Source: Mytilus californianus (lineage: Eukaryota). From it: 64,000 nucleotides of DNA. The stretch spans positions 101,370,001 to 101,434,000 of the forward strand of contig NW_026262734.1 in assembly GCF_021869535.1 (NCBI RefSeq), in the 5' to 3' direction. Within the stretch, counting starts at the first letter, position 1; every line of letters begins with the position of its first letter. Below the pieces are notes generated by a model. It did not search any database. It had not been told where the DNA came from and saw nothing but the letters and a program-made list of their open reading frames with translations. The translations under genes and the position numbers were made by a program. Positions 49,321 to 62,824 of the stretch are shown here, in pieces.

Positions 49321-52300
49321 TCAAACAATTTCTAGTGGATCTTTGTCAACAGCAGATACAAAAATGTCTACTCCAGGAAGTTGAGGCTCAAGCCTCATTT
49401 TCAAATGTTTTAAAAATCCTCGTTCAGTGTTGCTATGGTCACATAGTATCACATTTGTCCCACTGTATACAGCATGAAGAACGTCGTGATGGGACATTTC
49501 ACCTGTCAAATACAGTGATGCACGTACATCCTTTAATAAGCTTCCTCCTGACCCTGCACAAACTGCCACAGTCTCTAAACTATTTGCATCTGCAATGTAA
49601 AAACAAATTTGGAAATTAGTTCTTTATTTTGCGTTGATAAAATATGTCAGTGTGTTTGAAACAAATTTATAAAGTGTTATTTTTATTTGAAAAAATTTCC
49701 AAAATGGAAAAAACAAAATGTTCTCTACTCAAACCAAATTTTCAAATGCCTACGAATAAAAGGATATTTGGGTTTAATGTCACAGAAACAGCAACAAACC
49801 AATAGTAAACTTCAAAAGATAAATGACTAAATAATATATGTCAAGTTCTAAATTGCCATTGAGTCTAAACATGTAGTTAATAAATCTTAGAAAGACTCAA
49901 AAAAATTGTTCTCAGATTTTTCTGACATTTATTTTGCAAAAAATTATCAAGTGGATGTTCCTGTAAGACACCAATGCCCTCCTTCACAAAAAGACTGAAT
50001 AATGCTAGCTACTTTTCATTATTCCTAAACAGATCCTGAATGAAGTCTACCTCATATGAATAAAAGAACAATATAAAAATAAGGAGATGTGGTATGATTG
50101 CTAACGATCTATTAAGATCAAAATGACTAAGATGTGAACAATTACAGATCTCTGTCAAGCCTTCAACAATGAGCAAAAGATGTATTTAGCTTAATTGTCT
50201 CCAAATGTCCTTAGATCTGTCTCCTGATAACCTTCCAAAGTCATTCAACAATCACTTAATTAATTAATAATTTTTAATCACAAAGTCAAATGTTTAAAAA
50301 TGTGATGCAACATTTTGCAGGAACTTCTACCATTTTAAGTAATGGTGCACAAATTTGCATTCAAGTGTAAATACATCTATTACATATATAGTACAATATA
50401 GTAAGCTATAAAAGGCCCCAGTATGTAAAATATTAACCAATTAAAAAGATAACAAACAACCTACTTTATACCACAACAAAGACAGAAAAAAATATCTGGC
50501 AAACAGAAAACAAAGATAACCATTGAATTTCAGGTTTCTGGCTTTGGCCAGTAACATAAAGAATGTGGCAGATATTAATATGTTTGTGAACCTCAATATG
50601 AAAATCAGAAGATGTGGTATGATTGCCAATGAGACAACTCTTCACCAGAGACCAATGATGTCATGGAGATAGGACTGGTGTTAAGCAATTTAAAATCATG
50701 AAAAAAGATGATGATGATGGATGGCTGCTTAACGTTCAGCTGAAATTAATATGCATATTTAGGATGAGAACATGTTAATGTAATATGAATATTAACCCTG
50801 CTTTGTACTAGACTGACACGCTGAGTCGGATTTTTAACGTGCTAGTTCACAAGGTAACAGTCTGCAGGAAGACATGTCACCTTACCGGACACATTATTCT
50901 GACTCCGAGCCGACAAGTCTTTGCTCTTACTCCTTAATGCAGCATGCTTAGAGGAGAAGTAGGAAATACTAATTTTAAAGTCTTTGGTCATGAAAATAGA
51001 GGTGTAGAGTAATTAGTCAAAGAGAGAGCAACATATCTTTATCATATGCTGATAGTTTTTTTTTAATCATCAACCATGGTAACCTTATTTATTTTCAATC
51101 TTCTTAAAGCCATAAAACATGGACATGGAGTATATAGGCTCTCGGTCATAAACCTATACTCAGTACTCGGGAGTACAAAGTTTGTGCTCAAAAGTCGAAA
51201 CAACAAATTCAGTATTTTGATTGGTTGCATGGCTGTTGTGAAAAGAATCAAAACTATATTATTTCCAAAAATCTAGAAAGTAGTTAGCAGGTTTATGGAC
51301 TGTTTTGTCAAAATTTTTACTTTAAGATATAATTGGAGAAATATTAAATGCCAGTTAGGGTCATCAACCCTAGTTCAAAATGGTGTTCATTGAAACATTT
51401 TAATTTCCAATTAGTTCTGCAGATAAGCTATTGGCCAAAAATCTTCAAATGGCTAATACCATAGACATTGACTGAACAATAGGTTTTTAAGGGAGAAATC
51501 TGATTCCAACTAATCTAACCAGAAAAGTAATAAAATTTATAGGTTTAAATGTTTTAATGTGATGTAACTACTCGGCTATCCTACCTGGAGATTTAGCTAT
51601 CCTAATAGAACCTAGTTGTAGATGTGACTTGACTTTCTGTATTGCTTCATCTACTGTTAATTTGTTCTTTAGTTTCCCTATTCTTCCCATACCATAACCA
51701 GCTTTAGGAACCTGTGGTAATTTACAATCAAAAGAATTATGTGAATTGTTTCCAAAACTAATATCACTGAAATTACAGTATTATAAAATATTAATCATGT
51801 TGGGTCATTGTGATTCTTTTTTTCTTCTAATAAATTGGATTACCCTTCTATAATATTGCTTTAGAAGTTTTGTTTGCTACAGAAATACTATGAAAATTAC
51901 TCTCACTGAGGTTGAGTGATTCACTGTCAAACAGGGCGATTGCTTCTGATTTGAGGTAATAACTCTGATTTATGAACATCTATTACATACTGAATGTAAC
52001 GGAGATATTTCTGTGCGAATCTCCCACAGCCAACAGCATTCAAAGTAAAACTTCAACACGAAGAGTGATCAATAACTAATCCCCTTTGTGTTTGTAGTAC
52101 TTTTAGTACAATTTAGGCCTGAAAATTTTCTAGCTATTCAAACATTTCATATATTAACTGACCTTTGACATCTGTTTAACCTCTATGAACTGTGCTGTGT
52201 ATTTGTTCATTACAGTTACCACTTTACTAACATTGTTCTGTGAACAACCAACTGTAATCATCTGGTCATCTGTGTCACTGTAAAATTAACATAAAATTTC

Positions 52301-55300
52301 TGTAAAATCTGGTTTTTCATGAAACCATTTACAAGGCATTGGTTCACTGTAATTTGAAACATTTATAAAAATAAAAGTTTACAAACCTGTGACATCAATG
52401 AATGTGCCAAACCACTCAAATTTTACAATCATTACTGTGACTAGACTGTAAATAATTTGGGTTGATAAAACAAATTGCAATTTGGTCAGAATATTGAATG
52501 AACTGCAATAGGTAGAGTGCAACACTTACAGTCAAGTCATAATTAAGTCAACTGAAATTTTGGTATATGACCATTATTAACGAACATTATAATACTACCC
52601 CATTAATTTACATGTTTAAAGTACAAAATTGATATTGTCAAAAGAAAATACATTACTCAACAGTTGTGAGCTAAAGTACACAACAATTCAAAGTCTATTT
52701 GAAATTCATTTTTAGTCTTAATATGGGTACCATTAATAGAGCAGGGACTGTTTGCATTAACAGATATAAAGTATACAGAAAACTCATTTTTTTATCATTT
52801 GAATGGTATTATGATGATCTTTTATTTTTAATTTCAATTCGATGGGTTCAAAAAGTGGTTCAACAATAAACACCTCTTCCTTTTTTCCATGATTTCTTTT
52901 GAAAATGTCCATTTATAAGACACGTTATAATGTACACTAGAATTACAAATTAAAAAAAAACAGCACATTCAAGCATCCAACTAGATGAACTTTCAGAAAA
53001 CTTTTGCAGCATTAGCTTATTGATTTGAAGGTCTCTCAGACTTTCTGACAGGTCTGGTAAAAAAATCCAAGTTTTATATAAATCACTTAATCAGGAGATC
53101 AGAAGATGTAGTATGATTGCCAATGAGACAACCAGTTTCGTTTAAACTTCTTACATAAAGTAAATAAATTTTTTGGGGGGGAATGGGAGATAACTCAAGA
53201 CATATAGCTCATATACACATTAAGAATGGATTATATACTAAATGTTTAAAAATTCTTGATTTTCACACTACATAACAATATACTTAAATGCATAAAGTCA
53301 GGGAAGAGTTGGGCCCCAGTGGCCAAAAATTTTACTTTTTAAAATTCAATAGTATGATTTTTTATTTACTTTTTATTTATGCATAATACCTGACTTCAAT
53401 AACAAAACTTACGCAGAAAGGGTATGTAATTTAACATGAGGAATGCCAGACAACTCTTCCTGTAACTGGTCACATTGATTTCTCGGTACACAACAACTTA
53501 TACTGTTGGACATGTTACTGTGAAGTTCCATTGCATGCTGTATAGGTCTGACATCAACAATATCTGAAATACAGTTAATAACAATAGATTTGTATATTCT
53601 GGTACCCTTTTTGTACCTTAAGGATACAAACCTAGACTTAAGGGACATAACTCTTCAAAATTACAGGTACGTTTGTATTAACCTGTCATGAAAAAATACT
53701 AAAAGCTTTCAGGTTACACAGATTTAATCAATTTTATTTCATGTAAACACTCCTAAATAAATTGATAAAACTGATTTTTTTAAAGACATTACTCATTTAA
53801 AGAATTATCTCCCTTAAAAAATGTGAACACACTCTATAAACATGCGTCTGAAGCACTTTGCTAGATTAACCTTCATCAGGAACGCTCAAAGTAGAATATT
53901 TGAAAGCCAAGGATGCATAATAACAGAAACAATTGAAGAGCTATATGACCAAAAAGGACCTAAAAATAATATCCAAATCCATCTAAGTTCAATTTTGTGG
54001 TTTGCATAAGGGAGTTAAAAATTTAGTTTCTTAATAGTTTCTAAATTTATAAATGGACTTGAACCAGGCTTTTCCTTTCAAAAGTAACTACACATATACT
54101 TTTTCAGCAGCATATGTAACATACAACTATGACTGCCTTAGCTAGCCTCATGTAGTAACAAGCTATTTTGACCATTGTTGACCCCACTTTCCAAATTAAA
54201 TGCAGTCTTTTATTCCCTTGTTAAAGTAAGTGGTTATATATATGCTATAAGTAGCTGTCCTATGCAGGGTTTTAATTGTTTGTTTTACTTTTACAACAAA
54301 ATGTCTTGGTAGGCTTAGTGGAAGTTTGTGTGCATATACAACTGGTTTATCCACTAAACATTTTGTGTCTGGACCAAATTAGACTACCGTACTTTCCGGA
54401 ATATAAAACGCACCCCTAAATAAGGCGCACAGCCGTTTTTTGGGGGAAGAAGTGTTTTTTTCCTTACATAAAACTCACCTGAATATAAAGCGCACCCTGA
54501 TGAAAATGTATTATGCATTCTACTGACCTTAGAGTAATGAATGTTCACTCGTTTTTGTAACTCACTCAGTAACATGTTTATTTCTATTTTCAGATTGTTG
54601 AGAAAGTTGAAAAGCATTTTGATTATATTCATTTGTTTCATATTAAAATAAAGAATGTTAATAAAATTATTATACTTTTCTTATTGTTTTAATTAATCTT
54701 ATTTAACGAATTTAACGGTACACATTTGTATCTAGACCATGTGTTGCTTGTTGTAGTTTGTCTTTGTTTGAAAGTTTATTTTTGAAGGATTCAAACATGA
54801 ATGTTTATTATTTTTTACTCTTGAAGTCAAATTCTTATTCCCCACTCTTGCATCTAGCCTATCATATCTACCCCCTCTTCAATAGAAAGTTATCAGAGAC
54901 CTTGAATAGTGATCAAATGAAATAATCTCTAATGACACAGCTGATTTAACTAAACTGAAATTAAATTAATCTTCTGGTGAGTCATACATCATGTACATAC
55001 TAAATAAAAAAATTCCTGTCTGGAAAACTAATAAGCATACTGTTATTATAACACAACAATTCTGACTGACATCATTTACATATTATATATTACCAAATGC
55101 TTTTATTAACCAATCATTTACTCCATCTTGAACACAATCATAGCTAGTATGAGGGGAGAAAACTCCTATTCTATTTTCCAAACATGTTGTCACAATTCTC
55201 TCTTTCCATGTTTTCTGAGTAACACATTTCATTCCAGTAAATATTGGTGGATGATATGAAATGATTAAATTGGTTCCCATGGCAACAGCTTCATCCATTA

Positions 55301-55876
55301 CTGGAGGAGTTAAATCATTGGTCAACATGATTTTCTTAATCTGGAATAACATACATATACACATTATTTAAGTGACATTAATAAAAGACTCATATATGAA
55401 GTTTTATTTCAGAAATCATGAGTACTTTAAATGTATTGTTATTTTGATAAGAACTCCATTTAATGGATATCTTCAATAAAAATTGACTACCCAAAGAAAG
55501 CATTAATTTTCACTAATTCAATGTTAATTTAGGATTATTAATAGTGTATGCAGCAATTAATGTGTCATCTTTTATTTCTTAATTAAAGTTAGTGGTCAAA
55601 CTGTTTGTATCTGGACAAAGGCATCTTTTTTATGTTTTTACAGTACAAATTCAATCTAATAAAATATGTTCAATCTCTCATCTCTGTAAAAAAAAATTTT
55701 AAATGAAATATATATATATGTACTTGTAATGGTGATGATGGCTCTACTAACAGTCCAACATTGTCCCATTTCTCTGCCAGTGAAGTCGGAGCAAACTGAT
55801 TCAACTTTTTTACCACTTCTTTCAACTCCATTACTTTAACTGATCTTATAGTTGAAAATAATCTGGTAGATAGCAT
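49321..55876 (-). CDS. NIF3L1: NIF3-like protein 1 (GTP cyclohydrolase 1 type 2 homolog), 353 aa, complement(join(49321..49589,51585..51711,52163..52277,53413..53563,55094..55340,55724..55876))
   Basis: Six GT..AG exons join in frame (1062 nt). Hallmark motifs: LAEKWDNVGLLVEPS, MLTNDLT, IISYHPPIF, FSPHTSYDCVQDGVNDWL, GYGMGRIG, VAVCAGSGGS, LYLTGEMSHHDVL, VILCDHSNTERGFL, DKDPLEIV*. Confidence 0.96.
54385..54500 (+). mobile_element. pogo/Tigger-like transposon end (one TIR only)
   Basis: TACCGTACTTTCCGGAATATAAAACGCACCC...AATATAAAGCGCACC matches the Tigger2/pogo terminal pattern. Confidence 0.45.
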
Positions 55877-55988
55877 TTAACTTCACCTGAAAAAGAACAT
55901 TATATAAGTCATTTTAATATTATAACAGTGAATAACCAAAAACTGGAAAATTTTAATAAATCAGATTAGGTCTTGGTCTTTAAACTAA

Positions 55989-56659
55989 CAGTCAGGGGTA
56001 CTACTTGTACAAGTAATCTTTATTTACTTGAAGAAGTAAATAAAATATACTTATACAAGTTAATTATATTGTTTGAATAATCTCCCCTTAATTTTCAAAA
56101 AAATTTACTTGTATAAGTAAATTTTTTTTACAATCCCACAAAAATTCTCAAGTTTTGAGATGTAAAATCATGCCTTTAACAATTTTTCTCAGGTTAGCTC
56201 ATAATTTTTGATAAGAGTTCAATGTTTCATCTCATTAATTCAACAAAGAAACTGATTGAGCAAAGATCTTAAGTATTTGTGCAAGGCCTTCAAAAATTGC
56301 TCCTTGGGGGCTTGTAAATGAGCAGTGTTCTAAAGATAACAGACAAATGAGATTTTCATTGTCCATGAAATTACACTTAAATGAATAGTAAAGACATCTG
56401 CAAAGGACAGACAATTCAAAATTCTGTTAGAGCAAAGAAGTTCTAAGAATTCAAGAAAAGAAGATAGGATGACTTTTTTACTTGTATAAGTAAAAAAATC
56501 TGAATGTGTAAGGGACATAACTAGGCCAAAAAATAATTTACTTATACAAGTAAATAAAATACACTTGTATAAGTATCCTACAAATTTACTTATATAAGTA
56601 TATTATAATTACTTCTTCAAGTAAATAAAAATTACTTGTACAAGTAGTACCCCTGACTG
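55989..56659. mobile_element. MITE with ~70-bp TIRs and 5-bp TSD, upstream of the NIF3L1 start codon
   Basis: TIRs CAGTCAGGGGTACTACTTGTACAAGTAA and TTACTTGTACAAGTAGTACCCCTGACTG. ACTAA on both flanks (55984-55988, 56660-56664). Internal TACTTGTATAAGTA subrepeats. Confidence 0.8.
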
Positions 56660-57659
56660 ACTAATGGTAAATCCAACTTAGTAGGGTTAACCACACATGC
56701 AGGGCTTATGGTCGTCAATTGGTTAACCAGGAAGTAAATATAAAACTGACTTACCCCTTAGACAAGCATATACATGGCAAACCCTTCTACGTCAGGTTAG
56801 TTTCATAAATTACTACTAAATATTCCAGATTTCAAAATTTGTCTAGTTTTGTCTTCTTGATGAGGACTTTGTCTTCTTATAAGTCTTATGCATTCCACAG
56901 CTGAACAAAGGTGGAGTCATTTAGAGTTCAGATTGGTATAAATTTGACAAATTAACTGTCCAAGGGAAGACATATGAGCCCCAAACACCACAAAAAGACC
57001 ACCAACCTCAAACATTCTATTCAATTTTAGATAAGCACAATGAAAAATTTGTTAAATTTTGTTTAAATTATAAAATTTATCAATTAAAGAGACAACTTGT
57101 ATTATCATAGTCCCTCTTCTTATTGTTTTGAAGTGACCCATCAAGACCCATCAAGAAAACTTGGATGTAATTTACAGACTAATAAATAATTCTGACAACA
57201 GCGCTCTTAACAGGACTGTATTTTTTGGTGCTCTCAGGATATCCAGTTACTATTTCTTATTATTTTGTACATATTTATTTACATATTTATCCTCGTTCAA
57301 AGGTAAGCCAAATATATAAATAAAAATGAAAAATATATTTAGGTGTTTTTTGTGGTATTTTTAAGGTGATTGGAGACGTGCAGTGGTGTTCAGCCCCCCC
57401 CCCCATAAAAATCAAATGGTAGCTCCCTAAAGAATACTTGTTGTTTCACATGCACGGTATTTAAAAGTTACTTTAAATGCCAAAAAAAAATAGGTATTAT
57501 ATAAATATCACAATGAGTGCATGTATTTTACAAAATAGTGATCAAAATTTGGTATCTGGTTTTTAAAACAGTTGACAGAGGACACCTTGTTTAATTTGTG
57601 CTCTGAAGCTGTCAACAGTGGTTGACTGTACTGTGGCTATTAGTAGCATGTTCCACTGA

Positions 57660-57988
57660 ATGATGGTGCACGGAAAAAATGACTATTTATATGTTTCCTT
57701 TGTGGTTCGTATGTCTGTAAGTATTTGAATGGTTTTGTCTTGTTCTGCTGTCGGTTGGTATAATACTTCAGATGCTATGGCAATAAGGCTGTGATTGAAA
57801 GTGTAATTGGTTCTTGTGTGTTTATTTTTTACTTTTTTTATGAAAGAATGATGGAGTTGGAAGATCTGGACACGACATGTCATCATTCAACAATTTAAAA
57901 GAAATGGAGCGAATGACAATGAGTTCATTATCACCAAAGATAAGTTTTAAGAGAAGTCCATCACTAGGGCAGTCTCCTGATAGTACAG
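57660..57988 (+). CDS. Candidate 5' coding exons of an unidentified gene divergent from NIF3L1, join(57660..57716,57847..57988)
   Basis: ATG at 57660, strong donor GTAAGT at 57717, pyrimidine tract plus aag acceptor at 57846, donor gtactt at 57989. The join is open: MMVHGKNDYLYVSFVVRMS/NDGVGRSGHDMSSFNNLKEMERMTMSSLSPKISFKRSPSLGQSPDST. No recognisable domain. Confidence 0.3.
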
Positions 57989-58113
57989 GTACTTATACTA
58001 TGATACTACAATGTACTAGTTGTAGTTAAACATTTTTCATGACCCTCATACATTTGTACATGACTCTGGCATGTCTGATATGATTTATCTTTTTGATTTC
58101 ATTTTAAAACTAT

Positions 58114-59809
58114 GGGTTACACTAATGACTGGACCGAATGACAGGACCGAATGACAGGACCAAATAAAAAATGCTAATTACTTTTTTATTTTTTTCAAAG
58201 GATTAATTTCAAATTTGAAATATAATAAGATTTCATCATTTAATATATAAATTTAAAAAGAAAAAATTATATTTTTTTTCAGAAGCTTGCGAAAACGTGA
58301 CCTGACCTACGCTGACAATGACAGGACCAATATCGAGAATGACAGGACCAAATAAAAATGCTAATAACTTTTTTATTTCTCGAAGGATTTGTTTCAAATT
58401 TGAAATTTAATTAGATTTCAACATTTAATACATAAATTTAAAAAGAAAATATATTTTTTTTTTCAAAAGCTTGCGAAAACGTGACCTGACCTACGCTGAT
58501 AATGACAGGACCAACCTCGACAATGACAGGACCGAAAAAAAATGCTAATTACTTTTTTATTTCTCAAAGGATTTATCTCAAATTTGAAATACAATAAGAT
58601 TTCAGCATGTTTTACATAAATATAAGAAAAAATTGAGAAAAAAAATATTTAAGCTTGCCCGAAAGTCTATAAATGTTCGTTTGTAAATATGTTTGATAAT
58701 AGTTTACATGCATTACCTTTCAGTTATTTTTTAGGTAAGATAATTTCTATCACATAATTTTGATTTAAATGCTTTCAAACATAGACGTAGTTTTTTTTAT
58801 TGTGATCTATAATTTAAAGTTTTCAGTTTTTATATCTTCTTTTTACAAGTACATTTTTAATTATCTATTTGCATGTGTAATCCTACTTATTTTTTCTTTA
58901 TTTCAGGGTGGGGTACACTGCTAGCTAGGTCCTCGTCCTGTACCCTGGGATGACTATAAATGTCATGCAGAATGCTAGCAAAACAGTTAAAATTATTTTA
59001 CAGAATCAGTATTTAGATTATACACAAATTTGATATAGGAATTAAACTAATCTGGACTTTAGAATTGAATTTAGATTAGTCTGGACTTGAAAATAATAAG
59101 AACATTGATCAGGAGGATTTTTTTTATAGTTTTTAAATTTGATAAAATGAATGGTTTAAATCTTAATATTTCGAAAAATTTGAAGTAAATACTTTTACAT
59201 ATAGATATGTAATTAGTCATCTTTCCTTGTCATGATAACGGTTAATTATGACACAGTCAACGTAAGTTGGTCAAGTCAAGTTTATTACCCCAAAAAAAAA
59301 TTTTTTTTCTGATTATTTAGTAATTTCTTAGTTATTCATGATCCAAATTTAACAATTTTCTAATTTTGTTATTTAAATAACAGAACATTAGGACTTTTCA
59401 TCGGTCAGGTCATGTCGATATTGGTCAGGTCAATGTCAACGTTGGTCAAGTCACATTTTCGCAAGCTTTAATAATTTTTTTCTTATATTTATGTATTAAA
59501 TGTTGAAATCTAATTAAATTTCAAATTTGAAACAAATCCTTCGAGAAATAAAAAAGTTATTAGCATTTTCATTTGGTCCTGTCATTCTCGATATTGGTCC
59601 TGTCATTGTCATCGTAGGTCAGGTCACGTTTTCGCAAGCTTTTGAAAAAAAAATATAATTTTTTCTTTTTAAATTTATATATTAAATGATGAAATCTTAT
59701 TATATTTTAAATTTGAAATTAATCCTATGAAAAATAAAAAAGTTATTAGCATTTTTCATTTGGTCCTGTCATTCGGTCCTGTCATTCGGTCCAGTCATTA
59801 GTGTAACCC
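58114..59809. mobile_element. Foldback-type Mutator (MULE) non-autonomous element
   Basis: Ends GGGTTACACTAATGACTGGACC... and ...GGTCCAGTCATTAGTGTAACCC. Perfect 9-bp TSD TAAAACTAT at 58105-58113 and 59810-59818. Arms of ~550 bp are built from ~190-bp subrepeats containing ATGACAGGACC. Confidence 0.92.
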
Positions 59810-59958
59810 TAAAACTATTGCACATATTTCTTTGGTAAATAGTAAGATGAAAAATGCCCCCTTAAAGCAATCTGAAAAGTCATGTCAGTAAACATACATT
59901 GAGGATATTGTTATGCCACCAAAATACATACCGGAAATTCTGAAAGGGTTATAATTCA

Positions 59959-62824
59959 GGGAAGCACTAATGACAGGACGATTGCCCGGATAGTGACAGG
60001 ACGATTGACCGGATGAGATATAAATAGTCATAACTTTTTTGTTATTCGGTAGATTTTTTTAATATTTGTAGACCTTAGAGATATTACACTATATTTTATG
60101 AAAATAAAACAAAATAAGTGAAAAAAATTATTTTTGAGCAATTAAAGTTGACCGGACGGATTTCACACTCGCCGATACACGCTATACATATATTCAACTG
60201 GTCGAAAACAAGTGTTAATATCTCTTTTGTTTTACAATATGTGTCGATGAAATTAAGGAATCTGTGAGAATAATAAATATATAATACGAAAATATAAACT
60301 TTATAGTAAACAAAAATGTTTTTCTGCCAAAAAAGTTGACCGGACGGTATTGACATTCGCCGATGTACGCGTTGATTATATTGAACTGATCGACAAAAAG
60401 TGTTTATAATTTTTTTGTTTTACAATATTTTTACATGAAACTAAGAAATCTACGAGATCAATAAATATATGATATGAAAATCTAAACTTTATAGTAAAAA
60501 AAAATAGTTTTTCTTCAAAAAAAGTTGACCGGACGGAACTAACATTCGCCGATATATGCTTTAAATATATTGAACTGATCGACACAAGTGTTAATATCTC
60601 TTTTATTTTACCATATCTGTCCATGAAATTAAGAATATTGGAGATTAATAAATATATTATACGAAAATTAAAACTTTATAGTAAAAAAAATTGTTTTTCT
60701 GCAAAAAAAGTTGACCGGACAGAATTAACATTCGCCGATATATGCTTTAAATATATTGAACTGATCGACACAAGTGTTAATATCTCTTCTTTTTTCTTTG
60801 TAATATCTGTCCATGAAATTAATGAATCTGTGAGATTAATATATATATTATACGAAAATATAAACTTTATAATAAAAACTTTGAGCCCAAAATTTTGATT
60901 TGAGTGAGTTCACCACGGCACTCTAGAAGTACTGATATTTAATTAGATTAATCTAATTTTGACACTTGTCGTAATCACCAATCAAACCAAATAACATGTC
61001 ATTAAAGTTTTCACACCTGAGACATCATATACATTTAATTGAATTACCTTATATAATCAGTTGGCAATTAGAATCCAATCAAAGAAGAAATTTGATAAAG
61101 TTCAAGATTACAGATTAACTTTTAACTCACCTAGTAATAACAGAGACATATAATTGTATTATATGTCTCTGGTAATAACTACTCAATTGTTCGGTCATAT
61201 CTGCTCTGACTTTCAACCAGTTCAGATCGCACAAATTATAGTTCTACTATAAATTGTTTAATAGCATGTCTTTTTAAAGACAATTTTCAAATACATATTG
61301 ATATATATATATAGATTGATAATAGTGCTACTATATATTGCTTTATTCAAAACAATGTCTTTTTAAAGACAGTTGTCGAAAATATATTTATAAATACATA
61401 AATAAATAGATCGATAATAGTGCTACTATATATTGCTTTATTCAAAAGCATGTCACAGTCTTTTTAAAGACAGTTGTCGAAAATCTATTTATGAATACAT
61501 AAATAATTAGATATTCTCGACTATCAGTCTTATTGAGCCTGATATCACAATATATTGTGCGTTGCTACTATTATAGCGCCTCTTACTAGTAGACAAAATA
61601 TCAAAATGGATAGTGGGTCAATTGTCTATATGTATACAGATGTATTACATCAAACAGAAATAGTAGATATTTTAACAAATCCCGAAACATCTCGTACATC
61701 GAATGTTCCCCCTTATAAGCCAAAGGCAAACGAAGTTTACTTGTTTCAAACTGGGGCAGATGATTGGAAATGTGACCAATATCTGTGGATAAATAATGGT
61801 ACAAAATCAGTCACCATTGGTAATGATGTTCTTAAAAAACATTTTTACAAAATCCGATTACCAGGAACAACAGACAATACAAACGGTAGAAAAAGACCAG
61901 TTGGTTCTTTACAGTTTAAGAAAACTGCATATAGTTTCAAAAGTAAAAAAAGCTTAATACTTGTGCATTATGAGGGAGATGAAACGGTGTATGTACCCGT
62001 TGGCCATGGGAACAGCAAAAAGTCACACCCCCCGAGTATACACGCTCTGCTAAAGCATATATCGGCGAATGTTAATTCCGTCCGGTCAAATTTTTTTGAA
62101 GAAAAACATTTTTTTTTACTATAAAATTTATATTTTCATATCATATATTTATTGATCTCACAGATTTCTTAGTTTCTTGTAAAAATATTATAAACACTTT
62201 TTGTCGATCAGTTCAATAATCAACGCGTACATCGGCGAATGTCAATACCGTCCGGTCAACTTTTTTTCCAGAAAAGCATTTTGTTTTTCTACAAAATTTA
62301 TATTTTCATATCATATATTTATTGATCTCGCAGATTTCTTAGTTTCATGTCAAAATATTGTAAAACAAAAAAATTATAAACACTTTTTGTCGATCAGTTC
62401 AATATAATCAACGCGTACATCGGCGTATGTCAATACCGTCCGGTCAACTTTTTTTGCAGAAAAACATTTTTGTTTACTATAAAGTTTAAATTTTCGTATT
62501 AAATATTTATTATTCTCACAGATTCCTTAATTTCATCGACAAATATTGTAAAACAAAAGAAATATTAACACCTGTTGTCGACCAGTTGAATATATGTATA
62601 GCGAATATCGGCGAGTGTGAAATCCGTCCGGTCAACTTTATTTGCTCAAAAATATTTTTTTTCATTTATTTTGTTTTTTTTTCATAAAATATAGTGTAAT
62701 ATCTCTAAGGTCTACAAATATTAAAATAATCTACCGAATAACAAAACAGTTATGACTATACACATCTCATCCGGTCAATCGTCCTGTCACTATCCGGGCA
62801 ATCGTCCTGTCATTAGTGCAACCC
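59959..62824. mobile_element. Second, related foldback MULE carrying a truncated transposase N-terminus
   Basis: Ends GGGAAGCACTAATGACAGGACGATTGCCCGG and CCGGGCAATCGTCCTGTCATTAGTGCAACCC. Arms at ~59959-60880 and ~62050-62824, each with four ~190-bp units (GTTGACCGGAC). No TSD found. Confidence 0.85.
61606..62050 (+). pseudogene. N-terminal fragment of a MULE transposase (CG-1-like DNA-binding region), truncated
   Basis: MDSGSIV...DDWKCDQYLWINNG...FKKTAYS...ILVHYEGDE...GHGNSKK. A one-base shift in the C-run gives EYTRSA. The frame then runs into the right TIR arm at ~62050. Resembles the N-terminus of animal MULE transposases. The DDE core is absent. Confidence 0.7.

Noticed and set aside
54384-54641. 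Minus ORF as a possible extra NIF3L1 exon
   Set aside because: NIF3L1 exons 55094-55340 and 53413-53563 join in frame without it. The ORF overlaps a pogo-like TIR.
60096-60898. ORFs in the MULE arms (also 62201-62407)
   Set aside because: They are translations of the ~190-bp TIR subrepeats and recur in mirrored form on the other arm.
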